Origin: an uncultured candidatus Porisulfidus sp.
Lineage (GTDB): Bacteria > Pseudomonadota > Gammaproteobacteria > Poriferisulfidales > Oxydemutatoraceae
Length of the DNA stretch: 64,000 bases
Reading direction: 5' to 3'
Assembly (NCBI GenBank): GCA_965215125.1
Contig: OZ244052.1
Coordinates: 1,024,001 to 1,088,000, forward strand
Positions within the stretch are counted from its first letter, which is position 1. Every line of letters begins with the position of its first letter. Positions 1 through 10,524 of the stretch are shown in pieces. The notes under the pieces are model-generated. The model had not been told where the DNA came from. It saw only the letters and a program-made list of their open reading frames with translations, and did no database searches. Both the position numbers and the translations under genes were made by a program.

Positions 1-795
1 ATGAACAAACAAGTGGCAATGGGCGATAAAAATCTAAATACTTTGGCAGCTTCCGACTTGCCGCTTTCCAAAGGGCGGCGTGAGTTTATCCGCAAGGGGG
101 GGGCGTTGATGGGTGGATTGACCATTGCGCCGGGTGTTTTTTTATACAGCATGCCGCATGCGAAGCCGGCGGATCAACCGGTAACCGATGCGGTGCGGTG
201 GGGGATGTTGGTTGATGTCAATGCTTGTGCCGACGGTTGCAGTGCTTGTGTGGAGGCGTGCAACGAGGAGCATGGTTTGCAGGGCTTGGGACGACCGGCG
301 ACCGATGCGCAATGGATACGCAAGCTCACCGTGCGAGATAAAACAACCGGCAATCAAAAATCGTTTCCGGTGATGTGCCAGCATTGCGAGAAGCCGCCGT
401 GTGTGGATGTTTGCCCGACGGGTGCATCGTTTCGGCGTGCCGACGGTATCGTATTGGTGAACAAGCATACTTGCATCGGCTGTCGTTATTGCATGATGGC
501 GTGTCCTTACAAGGCGCGTTCGTTCATACACGAGACACTGACCGATCAACTGCCTCATGCCCCGCGTGGCAAAGGCACCGTCGAGAGCTGTACCTTATGC
601 GTTCATAAGGTAGACCGTGGCGACGGCACCACTGCTTGTGTAGAAGCCTGCGAAAGAGCGGGACACAATGCGCTGATTTTCGGCGATTTGAACGATCCCG
701 AGAGCGAGATTTCGCAGCGTTTGGAAAAATATGGAGGGACACAAATCCGAGCCGATTTAGGGCTGAACACCGGCGTGCGTTATCAAGGCATCTAA
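1..795 (+). CDS. dsrO: DsrO periplasmic 4Fe-4S protein of the DsrMKJOP complex
   Basis: Tat signal RREFI; four CxxCxxxC-type clusters (CADGCSAC, CQHCEKPPC, CIGCRYC, CTLC); directly upstream of an NrfD-like gene. Confidence 0.85.
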   Translation: MNKQVAMGDKNLNTLAASDLPLSKGRREFIRKGGALMGGLTIAPGVFLYSMPHAKPADQPVTDAVRWGMLVDVNACADGCSACVEACNEEHGLQGLGRPATDAQWIRKLTVRDKTTGNQKSFPVMCQHCEKPPCVDVCPTGASFRRADGIVLVNKHTCIGCRYCMMACPYKARSFIHETLTDQLPHAPRGKGTVESCTLCVHKVDRGDGTTACVEACERAGHNALIFGDLNDPESEISQRLEKYGGTQIRADLGLNTGVRYQGI

Positions 796-798
796 GCG

Positions 799-2031
799 AT
801 GGAAAACACCGCGCATAAATTAATCCGTTATAGTTCTATGCCCGCGAATAGTCCGGGCTTTTTTATATTGCTGGGGACTTTCGGGTTGCTGATATTGGCA
901 GGCATCGGGGCTGCCTATTATATGGAACATCACGGGCATTATGTAACCGGTATGAGCAACCAAGTCGTTTGGGGCATGCCACATGTGTTTGCAATATTTC
1001 TAATCGTCGCAGCATCGGGTGCGTTGAATGTGGCATCGATCGCTTCGGTTTTCGGCAAAGCGGATTACAAACCGTTGGCGCGCTTTTCCGGTTTGCTTGC
1101 GGTTGCGTTGTTGAGTGGTGGGCTTGCGGTGTTGGTGTTGGACTTGGGTCGCCCCGACCGTCTCATCGTTGCGATGACCTATTACAATTTCAAATCCATA
1201 TTTGCATGGAACATATTTCTTTATACCGGTTTCTTTGTAGTCGTTGCTATTTATCTATGGACGATGTTTGAGCGCAAGATGGCACCGTATATCAAATCGG
1301 CCGGTGTATTCGCGTTGTTATGGCGTTTGACATTGACGACCGGCACCGGGGCTATTTTCGGGTTCTTGGTTGCGCGCCAAGCCTACGATGCCGCAGTAAT
1401 GGCACCGATGTTTATTATCATGTCGTTCTCTTACGGGCTTGCGGTTTTTATTTTGGTGCTGACGACGGCATGCTATCTAACGAAGCGTCCGCTCGGCGAC
1501 TATATCTTGTTTAAGCTCAAAGACTTGCTCGGGGTATTCGTTGCGGTCGTGCTGTATTTTGTAATCGCCTATCATTTGTCTAATCTCTATGTTGCCGAAC
1601 ACGAAGGCATACAATCTTTTATATTGGTCAGTGGCGGTATTTATACCTCATTATTTTGGGGGGGGCAGATAGTCCTCGGCAGTTTGGTGCCGTTGTTGTT
1701 ATTTTATAGTCCGCCGACTCGGCAATGCAGGGTTGCCACATCAATCGGTTGTGTTTTAGTACTGCTGGGTGCGATGGCTCAGTTGTATGTAATCATTATA
1801 GGCGGTCAGGCGTATCCGTTGGTGATGTTTCCGGGGATGGTGGAGCAAAGCAGTTTTTACGACGGTGTCGTTGCCGAGTACATTCCGAGTTTGCCCGAAA
1901 TCGTACTCGGTGTAGGCGGCATTGCGCTGGCGTTGGCAATTTTGGTTTTTGCGCTTGCAGTTCTGGATTTTCTGCCCGACGATTTATCCGATAAACAATT
2001 TGGTGTAGACACTACGCCACAACCTAAATAA
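799..2031 (+). CDS. dsrP: DsrP NrfD/PsrC-family integral membrane protein
   Basis: TGMSNQVVWG and DLGRPDR motifs, about 10 TM helices, follows dsrO. Confidence 0.85.
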   Translation: MENTAHKLIRYSSMPANSPGFFILLGTFGLLILAGIGAAYYMEHHGHYVTGMSNQVVWGMPHVFAIFLIVAASGALNVASIASVFGKADYKPLARFSGLLAVALLSGGLAVLVLDLGRPDRLIVAMTYYNFKSIFAWNIFLYTGFFVVVAIYLWTMFERKMAPYIKSAGVFALLWRLTLTTGTGAIFGFLVARQAYDAAVMAPMFIIMSFSYGLAVFILVLTTACYLTKRPLGDYILFKLKDLLGVFVAVVLYFVIAYHLSNLYVAEHEGIQSFILVSGGIYTSLFWGGQIVLGSLVPLLLFYSPPTRQCRVATSIGCVLVLLGAMAQLYVIIIGGQAYPLVMFPGMVEQSSFYDGVVAEYIPSLPEIVLGVGGIALALAILVFALAVLDFLPDDLSDKQFGVDTTPQPK

Positions 2032-2038
2032 AGAAGAT

Positions 2039-3406
2039 GTGATTATGCAGACAATGTCCGATGTAATCGGTTCAATTAACAGCATCGTATGGGGCGCACC
2101 GATGCTGATTATCATCGTAGGGGTCGGGTTATTCCTAACCGTAGGATTGTCTTTATTGCCGTTGAGGAAAATCGGTCGCGGCTTTGTGCTGATGTGGCAG
2201 GGACGAAACTCAAAAGGTAGCGGAGATATCAGTGCCTTTCACGCCTTAATGACTTCGCTTTCGGCAACCATAGGCACCGGAAATATCGCCGGTGTTGCCA
2301 CTGCGATCGTATTAGGTGGTCCGGGTGCGGTTTTCTGGATGTGGATTACTGCGTTGGTCGGTATGGCAACGAAGTATAGCGAAGCCGTTTGTGCGGTGCA
2401 TTTTAGGGAAACCGACAACACCGGCAAACATATAGGCGGTCCTATGTACTATATTAAGAACGGCCTTAGTTCCAAATGGAAATGGCTGGCCGGCGTGTTC
2501 GCAGCGATGGGAGCAATCGCAGCCTTCGGCATAGGCAACATGGTGCAGTCAAACTCAATTGCCGATGCGTTGGACGACCACAATATCTATCCTCTTGTGA
2601 CTTCGGTCATACTATTTATATTGATATCGATGGTGTTGATCGGCGGTATCACTCGCATTGCGGTTTGGGCGGGGAAATTGGTGCCGTTTATGACCATTCT
2701 CTATGTGGCAAGTTGCATGGTCATTTTGATAATCAATTACGATGCGATACCGGCTGCATTTCAGCTGATAGTCACGACCGCATTCACCGGCACTGCTGCG
2801 ACAGGTGGTTTTGCAGGTGCGGCAGTCGCTGCGGCGATTCAGTTCGGAATCGCTAGAGGTGTGTTTTCCAACGAAGCAGGTTTGGGTAGTGCGCCGATCG
2901 CGCACGCTGCGGCAAGAACCAAAGATCCGATTACTCAAGGACATATAGCAATGTTGGGTACCTTTATAGACACTATTATCATATGTTCTATGACAGCACT
3001 TGTGATTATCACCACCGGCGTGTGGTCTAGCGGCGAGACCGGAGTTGACCTAACTGCGATGGCGTTTGACAGCGCATTAATGGGTGGCCATTACATTGTT
3101 ATATTTTCGCTTGTAATATTCGCCTTTACGACGATATTGGGATGGAGCTATTACGGCGAGAAGTGTTGGCAGTATCTATTCGGTGTTAAAGGTGTACCGA
3201 TATACAGATTCGCATGGATTGCAGCGGTTTTCATCGGTCCTTGGGCACTCACTTGGAAAGAAACCGCCCGCGCCGGTATAGATCTGATTTGGTTGATTGC
3301 CGACACATTGAATGCGGCAATGGCACTGCCTAATTTGATTGCGCTGATGTTATTGGCACCCATCGTAATACGCTTGACCCGCGAATATTACGACAAACAA
3401 TCGTAG
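2039..3406 (+). CDS. Alanine/glycine:cation symporter (AGCS family)
   Basis: [32 protein letters not shown] motifs. Confidence 0.9.
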   Translation: MIMQTMSDVIGSINSIVWGAPMLIIIVGVGLFLTVGLSLLPLRKIGRGFVLMWQGRNSKGSGDISAFHALMTSLSATIGTGNIAGVATAIVLGGPGAVFWMWITALVGMATKYSEAVCAVHFRETDNTGKHIGGPMYYIKNGLSSKWKWLAGVFAAMGAIAAFGIGNMVQSNSIADALDDHNIYPLVTSVILFILISMVLIGGITRIAVWAGKLVPFMTILYVASCMVILIINYDAIPAAFQLIVTTAFTGTAATGGFAGAAVAAAIQFGIARGVFSNEAGLGSAPIAHAAARTKDPITQGHIAMLGTFIDTIIICSMTALVIITTGVWSSGETGVDLTAMAFDSALMGGHYIVIFSLVIFAFTTILGWSYYGEKCWQYLFGVKGVPIYRFAWIAAVFIGPWALTWKETARAGIDLIWLIADTLNAAMALPNLIALMLLAPIVIRLTREYYDKQS

Positions 3407-3410
3407 CGGT

Positions 3411-3481
3411 ATTCCCCTCCTGTGGCGGGGAATTAACCACCCCGCCACCCCGCCACAAGAGGGGAAATGGTTCGCCCTACA
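3411..3481. repeat. Palindromic repeat family member (CCCCTCC..GGAGGGG module, two degenerate copies)
   Basis: attcccctcctgtggcggggaat and gccaccccgccacaagaggggaaatggttcgccctac resemble copies at about 8983, 27377, 32785, 51345, 53297 and 54411. Confidence 0.7.
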
Positions 3482-3482
3482 A

Positions 3483-4499
3483 ATGATATATAATATGCTT
3501 TTAGTGAAACAGACGACTAAAAACCTTTCTCCTTCAACCCGCCTACAACTTAATAAACAGGGCGAATTAAGACATTTCATTTGTATAGGGGAACTTTCTC
3601 AAAGTTTATTAAAAAGATTATTCAACACTGCCACTTCGTTCATTCAAGAAAAGAACTCGGTAGTTAAGAAAGTGCCTTTACTACGAGCCAAAACCGTCGC
3701 CAATCTTTTCTTTGAGAGTAGCACCCGCACCCGTTCCACTTTTGAACTTGCCGCAAAACGATTATCTGCCGATGTGCTCAATTTGAATACGAGCGTTGCA
3801 GCCGTTCAAAAAGGCGAGTCGTTATTGGATACCTTAAAAAGTCTGGAAGCCATGAATGTGGATATCTTCGTGGTCCGACACAGCGACAGCGGTGCTGCGC
3901 AATTTATTGCTCGGCACATAAAAAAGGGTGTTGCCGTAATCAATGCCGGCGACGGCAGCCATGCGCACCCCACGCAAGCCTTATTGGATATGTATACCAT
4001 CATGCAACATAAACCGGATTTGGCGTCGCTCAATGTTGCGATCATCGGGGACATAAGACATTCTCGGGTTGCACGCTCGCAAATCTCAATACTCAAAACA
4101 ATGGGGGTTAAAAATATCCGCTTGATCGGTCCCACAACTTTGTTGCCACCGTTTGCCGAAAAACTGGAAGGGCAGGTTTTTCATACCGTAGAAGAGGGTA
4201 TATCAGGTGCCGATGTCATTATCGTATTGCGTCTACAAAAAGAACGTATGCAAGGTGGTTTCCTACCCAGCATGAATGAATATTATCATTGTTACGGAAT
4301 GACTATAGAGCGCCTAAAGCTCGCAGCACCCGATGCTATGGTGATGCACCCGGGACCTATCAACCGCGGGGTTGAAATCAGTTCTTTGGTTGCCGACGGG
4401 CATCAATCGGTAATACTAGAGCAGGTAACCTATGGCATTGCGATTAGGATGGCGGTTATGTCTCATGTGGTCAGCGGACAAATGCAGGAGATTCTTTGA
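3483..4499 (+). CDS. pyrB: Aspartate carbamoyltransferase catalytic subunit
   Basis: [26 protein letters not shown]; true start may be 3495. Confidence 0.95.
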   Translation: MIYNMLLVKQTTKNLSPSTRLQLNKQGELRHFICIGELSQSLLKRLFNTATSFIQEKNSVVKKVPLLRAKTVANLFFESSTRTRSTFELAAKRLSADVLNLNTSVAAVQKGESLLDTLKSLEAMNVDIFVVRHSDSGAAQFIARHIKKGVAVINAGDGSHAHPTQALLDMYTIMQHKPDLASLNVAIIGDIRHSRVARSQISILKTMGVKNIRLIGPTTLLPPFAEKLEGQVFHTVEEGISGADVIIVLRLQKERMQGGFLPSMNEYYHCYGMTIERLKLAAPDAMVMHPGPINRGVEISSLVADGHQSVILEQVTYGIAIRMAVMSHVVSGQMQEIL

Positions 4500-5785
4500 T
4501 GAATCTACTGATAAAAGATACCCGCTTGCTTAGCACGAAGAAAGCACCCGCTTCCCAAACCGATATTGCTATCCGGCAAGGTGCTATAGAAGCCATAGGT
4601 GAAGTGCCTTCGAATTTTGTTGCCGAGCGCACAATTGATGCCAAAGGTTTATCGGCAATTCCCGGCTTAGTTGACTTAAGCGTTTATCTGCGGGACCCCG
4701 GCTTCGAATACAAAGCGACGATTGCATCGGAAACCAAAGCGGCGGCAGCGGGTGGCGTTACCACATTGTGCTGTATGCCCGACACCGAACCTAGAATAGA
4801 CTCGGCATCCACCGTTGAACTGATACAAAAACGGGCGCACGATGCGGATTTCTGCAAGGTTTTGACTATAGGGGCGATGACGAAGAAGCTGGCAGGGTTA
4901 GAGCTCAGTGAGATGGCTGCGCTCAAAGAGGCGGGTTGCGTTGCAGTGAGTCATTGCCACTACCCGTTTGCCAATGCTTTAGTATTGCGGCGTGCGCTGG
5001 AGTATGCGTCCGGGCTGGGCTTAAAGATATTCATACAACCTTTTGATAAGTCTCTGGCGATGAATGGTTGCGCCCACGAAGGTGCTTTAGCACTGCGTTT
5101 GGGGTTGGCAGGCATTCCCGCGGCATCCGAAACCGCGATTTTAAGCCAATGTATAGAAATTGCCGAAGACTTGCATGTGGCGGTGCATTTCTGTCGTCTT
5201 TCGTGTGCGCGCTCGGTAGAACTAGTTGCCACTGCACAAGCGCGCGGCTTGGCAATCAGTGCCGATGTGAGTGCACATCAACTCTTTCTAGACGAGGAGG
5301 TGCTAATACACTTTGACCCTAATTACCATGTATTGCCACCGTTGCGTAGCGAGCAAGATCGCAACGCATTGCGCGCAGCGATTCAAGACGGTACCATTTC
5401 TGTGATATGTTCCGACCACCAGCCGCACGATATCAGTGCCAAATTAGTGCCTTTCCCGTCCAGCGAACCGGGCATCTCTGCAATAGAAACTTTACTCCCT
5501 TTAACACTTCGCTTAGTCGAAGAAAATGTCGTTGATTTGACAAAAGCGATTGACTTGCTAACCCGAGGTCCGGCGGCTGTGCTTAATTGGGGTTGTGGCA
5601 CATTGCAAAAAGGTGGGGTTGCGGATCTTTGTCTGGTTGATTTAGATAAGAAGTGGACTTTGTCGGCACAGCATCTGTATAGTAGTGGCACCAATTCACC
5701 TTTTGTCGGTGAGACATTCAAGGGACGTATACATTACACAATATGCAACGGCAAAGTAAGTTATGAGTCCAAGTCATCCCGATAA
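4496..5785 (+). CDS. pyrC: Dihydroorotase-like protein, probably inactive PyrC'
   Basis: Amidohydrolase motifs ([19 protein letters not shown]), but the metal-binding DxHxH reads [10 protein letters not shown]; overlaps the pyrB stop. Confidence 0.85.
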   Translation: MMNLLIKDTRLLSTKKAPASQTDIAIRQGAIEAIGEVPSNFVAERTIDAKGLSAIPGLVDLSVYLRDPGFEYKATIASETKAAAAGGVTTLCCMPDTEPRIDSASTVELIQKRAHDADFCKVLTIGAMTKKLAGLELSEMAALKEAGCVAVSHCHYPFANALVLRRALEYASGLGLKIFIQPFDKSLAMNGCAHEGALALRLGLAGIPAASETAILSQCIEIAEDLHVAVHFCRLSCARSVELVATAQARGLAISADVSAHQLFLDEEVLIHFDPNYHVLPPLRSEQDRNALRAAIQDGTISVICSDHQPHDISAKLVPFPSSEPGISAIETLLPLTLRLVEENVVDLTKAIDLLTRGPAAVLNWGCGTLQKGGVADLCLVDLDKKWTLSAQHLYSSGTNSPFVGETFKGRIHYTICNGKVSYESKSSR

Positions 5786-6650
5786 ACGTGCGACCATCTT
5801 TGTTGAACAAGCAGAGGTGCTTAATCATATCGCATATCCTGCACAACAATATCGCATGATTTTACACGCGCCGCGTTGTGCGGAAACTGCGCGTCCTGCC
5901 AATTTCGTACATCTGCGCTGTAGTAAGACATTGGCAATGAGGCGACCGTATTCAATTATGTCGGTATCAAAGCAACAAGGTCATATAGAACTGCTATACA
6001 AAGTGGTTGGTAAAGGCGGGCAGGCACTGTCGCAAAAACAAATCGGCGACGAGGTCAATCTTTTAGGACCCATAGGTAATTGCTTTACACCGCATCGACA
6101 GCGTCCCGAATTATTATTGCTGGGCGGCGGGGTCGGCATCCCGCCGATATTTTTCTTGGCACGACAAATCAAACAGGATAATATTTATAAACCCTTGGTC
6201 ATGGTCGCTTCGGAGGTTCCTTTTCCCTTTGAGTTAAAACCCTCACAGTTGCAGGTGCCGGAAATAAGCTCCGATTGTCATCTTGCTTTGGCGGAACTTG
6301 AGGTGTTGGGTATTGCGTCACGGCTTGCAAGCGGGCGCAGAAAACAAGGGCGCTTTGACGGCTATATAGATGCCTTTGCGCACACCTATTTAGAAAAAAT
6401 CTCTCCTCCAAGACTAGCGCGCACCGAGATATTTGCTTGCGGTCCCGAAGCTATGCTAAAAAGCATCGTCAAACTTTCTGTCGAGTTCAAGGTGCCATGC
6501 CAACTTGCGGTGGAAGAGTATATGGCATGCGGTGTAGGCGGATGCGCCGGCTGTACGATTGCAGTTCGGCAAAACGGTAAAACCGAGATGAAGCGCGTAT
6601 GTGTGGACGGACCGGTATTTAACGCGAACCAATTAGTGGACTTTGTCTGA
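5763..6650 (+). CDS. pyrK: Dihydroorotate dehydrogenase electron transfer subunit
   Basis: RRPYS FAD motif, GGGVGIPP, MACGVGGCAGC and RVCVDGPVF 2Fe-2S motif. Confidence 0.85.
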   Translation: MSPSHPDKRATIFVEQAEVLNHIAYPAQQYRMILHAPRCAETARPANFVHLRCSKTLAMRRPYSIMSVSKQQGHIELLYKVVGKGGQALSQKQIGDEVNLLGPIGNCFTPHRQRPELLLLGGGVGIPPIFFLARQIKQDNIYKPLVMVASEVPFPFELKPSQLQVPEISSDCHLALAELEVLGIASRLASGRRKQGRFDGYIDAFAHTYLEKISPPRLARTEIFACGPEAMLKSIVKLSVEFKVPCQLAVEEYMACGVGGCAGCTIAVRQNGKTEMKRVCVDGPVFNANQLVDFV

Positions 6651-7335
6651 ACATCAATATATCCGCACCAATCTGTTGCTCATGCGGGCGGCGATAGCAC
6701 AAGCCGAAGCAAGAGCATGCCGTCCTCAAGGTAGCGTGCGCTTGCTCGCAGTCAGCAAAACCAAAAGCGTCTCCGAGATTCGCACCGCACTGGATGCCGG
6801 ACAGTACGATTTCGGGGAAAACTACTTGCAAGAAGCACTAAGCAAAATTGAACAACTTAAAGATGAGAAAATTCGTTGGCATTTTATAGGTTCTATACAA
6901 AGCAATAAAGCCCGAGATATTGCCCGGTATTTTGATTGGGTGCATAGCATAGAAAAAATCTCTATCGCGCAACGCATAGCTCGTCTACGCCCGGCGACAT
7001 TACCGCCGCTTAACGTATGTCTACAAGTGAATATAGACCGAGAACAGAGTAAGTCGGGTTGTAGCATTGCACAAGTGCATGCCTTAGCAAGTCAAATCGC
7101 ACAACTGCCACAGCTTGAACTACGCGGTCTAATGGCTATTCCCAAACCCACCTCGGATACGCAACGTCAATATGAGATATTTGCAGAATTGCATACCTTA
7201 TTTGAACAAATGAAACCCCGATATAAAAATTTTGACACACTCTCCGCCGGTATGAGCGGTGATTTTGAACAGGCGATTAAAGCAGGGGCTACACTTATCC
7301 GTATCGGTACCGCAATCTTCGGACCTCGCAAATAA
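6643..7335 (+). CDS. yggS: PLP homeostasis protein (YggS family)
   Basis: LLAVSKT, FGENYLQE, WHFIGSIQSNK, GMSGD, RIGTAIFG. Confidence 0.95.
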   Translation: MSEHQYIRTNLLLMRAAIAQAEARACRPQGSVRLLAVSKTKSVSEIRTALDAGQYDFGENYLQEALSKIEQLKDEKIRWHFIGSIQSNKARDIARYFDWVHSIEKISIAQRIARLRPATLPPLNVCLQVNIDREQSKSGCSIAQVHALASQIAQLPQLELRGLMAIPKPTSDTQRQYEIFAELHTLFEQMKPRYKNFDTLSAGMSGDFEQAIKAGATLIRIGTAIFGPRK

Positions 7336-7355
7336 GATGCGCAAACTATAAAAGA

Positions 7356-7440
7356 GGCGATTGAGCCGGTAGGTCAATCGGGCGTGACGCTGTGCAGAAC
7401 CTCAGCACATTAGGTGTCATATACATCACGAAATGCAAAA
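7356..7440 (+). repeat. Repeat family member (bulged NGTA hairpin plus tail module)
   Basis: gcgattgagccggtaggtcaatcg..gtgacgctgtgcagaacctc..atacatcacgaaatgca matches 48186-48270 and 54544-54610. Confidence 0.75.
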
Positions 7441-7543
7441 TTCTCCGATAATGCGGCGTGCCCACACAAAGAAAATTTTACATCGGTTAATTCTTGTAAA
7501 TTAAAACCATACGACGCAAAAGCGTCGAAGGTTGGCACAAAAC

Positions 7544-8191
7544 CTAAGACTTTTCTCGTTCAAGATTTATCAAATAATCCAAAGCACTAATAAGACGTTG
7601 GGAACTGCCTACCATACTCGGCGAAGTAAGATAGCGACCGTTGACTATAAAAGTCGGTACACTCTTGATTGCGTATTCCCGAACCAAGCGATCGGCTTTT
7701 TGGGTTTTGGTATTAACAATGAAGGAATTGTAGGCTTTACTAAATTTATCTTCGGGAATACCGGAACTAAAAGAGGCAAAGAACTCGGCTATTCTGTCCT
7801 CGCGAACCAAATCACGTCTTTGCTGCCTGCCGTGTATTGCATTAAAAAACACTTCGTGCAAATCAAGCCGGTCTAGACTTTCTAAGGCGTAGTACACCTT
7901 GGCGTGGATAATCCAAGGTTTGCTGAATGTGGCTGGTATGCGTACAAGCTCCACATCCTCCGGTATCTTCCAGTTTTTGATATAAGGTTCTACAGTGTAG
8001 CAATGCGGGCAACCGTACCAGAAAAATTCTATGACTTCAATTTTGTCTTCGCCGACAGCGGTTTCCATACGCGGAGAAATAACGGTATAGTTGCTACCTT
8101 CGGCGAACTCTTCGGCAAGTGTCGCATGGCTTAACAACGCAAAAATAAGGGCGATGCCCGATGCGTAGAGGATTCTATATATATAAGTCAT
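7544..8191 (-). CDS. dsbA: Thiol:disulfide oxidoreductase DsbA
   Basis: Signal peptide, EFFWYGCPHCY, cis-Pro loop SVPTFIVNG. Confidence 0.9.
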   Translation of the reverse strand: MTYIYRILYASGIALIFALLSHATLAEEFAEGSNYTVISPRMETAVGEDKIEVIEFFWYGCPHCYTVEPYIKNWKIPEDVELVRIPATFSKPWIIHAKVYYALESLDRLDLHEVFFNAIHGRQQRRDLVREDRIAEFFASFSSGIPEDKFSKAYNSFIVNTKTQKADRLVREYAIKSVPTFIVNGRYLTSPSMVGSSQRLISALDYLINLEREKS

Positions 8192-8214
8192 TGGACCGGA
8201 CAGCGAGGTTATCG

Positions 8215-8817
8215 TTAATGCAAGCCTTGCATATATGACGCAACCGCCTCTATTTCTTCGTCGGTCAATTTAGCGGCAATACCGTTCATAATCTCCACGC
8301 CGGCATAAGTTTCGGCGGCACTACGATATTTTTTGAGGCGTTCAATCGAATACGCGGCGTGTTGATACGAAATGTTGGGGAAACCTGCCGCCGGATTGCC
8401 TTTACCGTTAGGACCATGGCACGAGATACACGCAGGAATGCCGCTCTCGGCATTACCACCTCTATACAGCTTCTCACCTGCTTCGACCAATTTTTCATCA
8501 GCGGCACCAGGACTACGCTCGATGGATTCATAATAGGCAGCCAAATGCTTTATATCGTCATCGGATAGCGCAGCTGCTTGTGGGTTCATCAACGGGTTGA
8601 CACGCTCGTTATTTTTGAAATGTTGCAACTGCTTGATGATATATTGTGTCGACTGACCGGCGATTTTAGGCCACTGTGGATTAACGCTATTGCCGTCGGG
8701 GCCGTGGCAAGCAGCACAAGACATGGATTTTGATTTGCCGAGTTCCACATCACTTTGCGCATTGCCCATGCCACTTAATAAAAAGCTCAAAACAATTAAG
8801 CATATTTTGTATCTCAT
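8215..8817 (-). CDS. Di-haem cytochrome c4
   Basis: Signal peptide, CAACH and CISCH, PKIAGQ; typical c4-dsbA synteny. Confidence 0.9.
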   Translation of the reverse strand: MRYKICLIVLSFLLSGMGNAQSDVELGKSKSMSCAACHGPDGNSVNPQWPKIAGQSTQYIIKQLQHFKNNERVNPLMNPQAAALSDDDIKHLAAYYESIERSPGAADEKLVEAGEKLYRGGNAESGIPACISCHGPNGKGNPAAGFPNISYQHAAYSIERLKKYRSAAETYAGVEIMNGIAAKLTDEEIEAVASYMQGLH

Positions 8818-8982
8818 ATTTAACTTCTCTTTCCTTTGATTAGCAAACTATCGTGGGTTTAATGACAAGAAAAAATGAAAATATTAATATTTCATTCGTT
8901 TGTTAGTGTTAATTATACTCTACTCCGGCGAGATTGACACATTTTGATTTGTGGCAATCATTAATTGTCGACCTGCGAGCGC

Positions 8983-9064
8983 ATTCCCCTCCACAGGAGG
9001 GGAATGGACCGGCACTATACTTGCGCAGACACACCACGACCTACCGGCTCAATCGGCGGTTCTA
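8983..9064 (-). repeat. Repeat family member overlapping the sctP stop codon
   Basis: attcccctccacaggaggggaat plus half hairpin (reverse complement tagaaccgccgattgagccggtaggtc). Confidence 0.75.
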
Positions 9065-10047
9065 TCTGTGTCATCATCTAAGTCGGGGGTTACATATTGC
9101 TGGCGGGAGCGACCTTCTCCTTGACCACCGCGTGTTTGTTGACTGTCTTGTACCGATACGTTGACGGTTTCGTTCGCCAGTCGCTCGCCTAATATTTTTT
9201 GTATATCCGGCTGCCTTTGTTCTATGAACATTTGACTATCTTTAGATCCGGTTAGGAATTCAACTTGCAGGCTACCGGCGTGGCGATAGATACGAACTTC
9301 GGTATTAGGCAGCACGGATTCTTTTAAGTGGATACGGATCTCTTGCATACCGGCAGGGTTGTCGGCAGGGGAAGACACCAGTATGCGGTCGGCAATTTCG
9401 CCGACAATTTTACTTAGATCCACAGGAGGGGCAGGCGCAGCTTCCGCAACAGTCGGAGCACTCTGAAGTGGGGCATGGTTTTGAGCAATCAAAGAGGCAA
9501 TATCAAATGCATCCAGACTTTGCGGCAGTGCTTCTTGATCGTCTGACTTTTGCTTAGCGGTAAACAATTCGTTTTTACCCACCGGTGCTTGTCGGTGGGT
9601 CGTTGCTTCTTGATCGTCCGACTTTTGCTTAGCGACAGACGATTCGTTTTTACCCACCGGTGCTTGTCGGTGGGTCGTTGCTTCTTGATCGTCCGACTTT
9701 TGCTTAGCGACAGACGATTCGTTTTTACCCACCGGTGTTTGTCGGCGGGTTGTTGCTTCTTGATCGTCCGACTTTTGCTTAGCGACAGACGATTCGTTTT
9801 TACCCACCGGTGTTTGTCGGTGAGTCGCTTTAGCTTGCCCAACTTGTTTTGTTAACTTATTCTCTATCTTGTCTAAAGATTTATTAAGTTTTTGGGGTTT
9901 GGAAACCCCTTTTAGCATGGTGCTTTTTTTATGAACTAAGGACGAAAACTGCTCGGCTACTTCATTAGACACGTTGCGTGCATCGGGCTTATCGGACTCG
10001 TTGGTCGGAGCCGTATTTTTTTCACCTGAAGAGATGTTTTTTATCAT
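9049..10047 (-). CDS. sctP: T3SS needle-length ruler SctP (YscP/FliK-like)
   Basis: Follows sctN-sctO; low-complexity N-terminus; C-terminal T3S4-like domain (IADRILV..EIRIHL..VLPNTEVRI..LQVEF); GRSRQ tail. Confidence 0.8.
   Translation of the reverse strand: MIKNISSGEKNTAPTNESDKPDARNVSNEVAEQFSSLVHKKSTMLKGVSKPQKLNKSLDKIENKLTKQVGQAKATHRQTPVGKNESSVAKQKSDDQEATTRRQTPVGKNESSVAKQKSDDQEATTHRQAPVGKNESSVAKQKSDDQEATTHRQAPVGKNELFTAKQKSDDQEALPQSLDAFDIASLIAQNHAPLQSAPTVAEAAPAPPVDLSKIVGEIADRILVSSPADNPAGMQEIRIHLKESVLPNTEVRIYRHAGSLQVEFLTGSKDSQMFIEQRQPDIQKILGERLANETVNVSVQDSQQTRGGQGEGRSRQQYVTPDLDDDTDRTAD
9529..9827. repeat. 75-nt in-frame tandem repeat x4 within sctP
   Basis: tacccaccgg recurs at 9576, 9651, 9726 and 9801; unit HRQTPVGKNESSVAKQKSDDQEATT. 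Confidence 0.95.
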
Positions 10048-10049
10048 CG

Positions 10050-10520
10050 TTAGTGTGCAGGGCGGATATTAAATTCTTCGGCTTCAAGTTCTTCACGCCT
10101 TTCGGTTTCCCGATTTTCAATGGTTTGCATGATATCTCTATATTCTTCGTATTTCTTGACCGTTTTGTAGGCATCCATACGCGCCTGTCTAGCTTCCTTC
10201 AAATGCTTTGTCGCATCGGTCATTGCAACCTGCGCTTTTTCTATCTCCTCTTTAAGTTGTTGCTGCTTCTCTTTGAAGAATGTAATTTGATCTCTCATAA
10301 CATTGAGGTTGTATGCGCGGACTTCTTTGTCTAAAACTTCTTGGTATAAGCGTTTTTCTTCTTTTCTGCGCCATGCCGCATAATCGTCGTGGTCGGCGAT
10401 TTTGGTATTCAGAGTTTTTTGACACTGTTCAAGTTGCAGTTGCTTTTCCTTCATTACTTTTATCGCTTCGTCCTCTCGCAGACGCTTAACATGGAGCAAC
10501 TCGTCTAACAACAGCGTCAT
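10050..10520 (-). CDS. sctO: T3SS stalk protein SctO (YscO-like)
   Basis: 156-aa coiled coil immediately after sctN; LLHVKRLRED N-terminus, ERREELEAEE C-terminus. Confidence 0.8.
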   Translation of the reverse strand: MTLLLDELLHVKRLREDEAIKVMKEKQLQLEQCQKTLNTKIADHDDYAAWRRKEEKRLYQEVLDKEVRAYNLNVMRDQITFFKEKQQQLKEEIEKAQVAMTDATKHLKEARQARMDAYKTVKKYEEYRDIMQTIENRETERREELEAEEFNIRPAH

Positions 10521-10524
10521 TTGT

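Noticed and set aside
8934-8966. TTGACA promoter or FNR box upstream of cytochrome c4
   Set aside because: No convincing -10 at the correct spacing, and the TTGAT/ATCA spacing does not fit FNR.
9529-9827. Regular repeats resembling a CRISPR array
   Set aside because: Contiguous 75-nt units with no unique spacers, in frame within sctP, and no cas genes.
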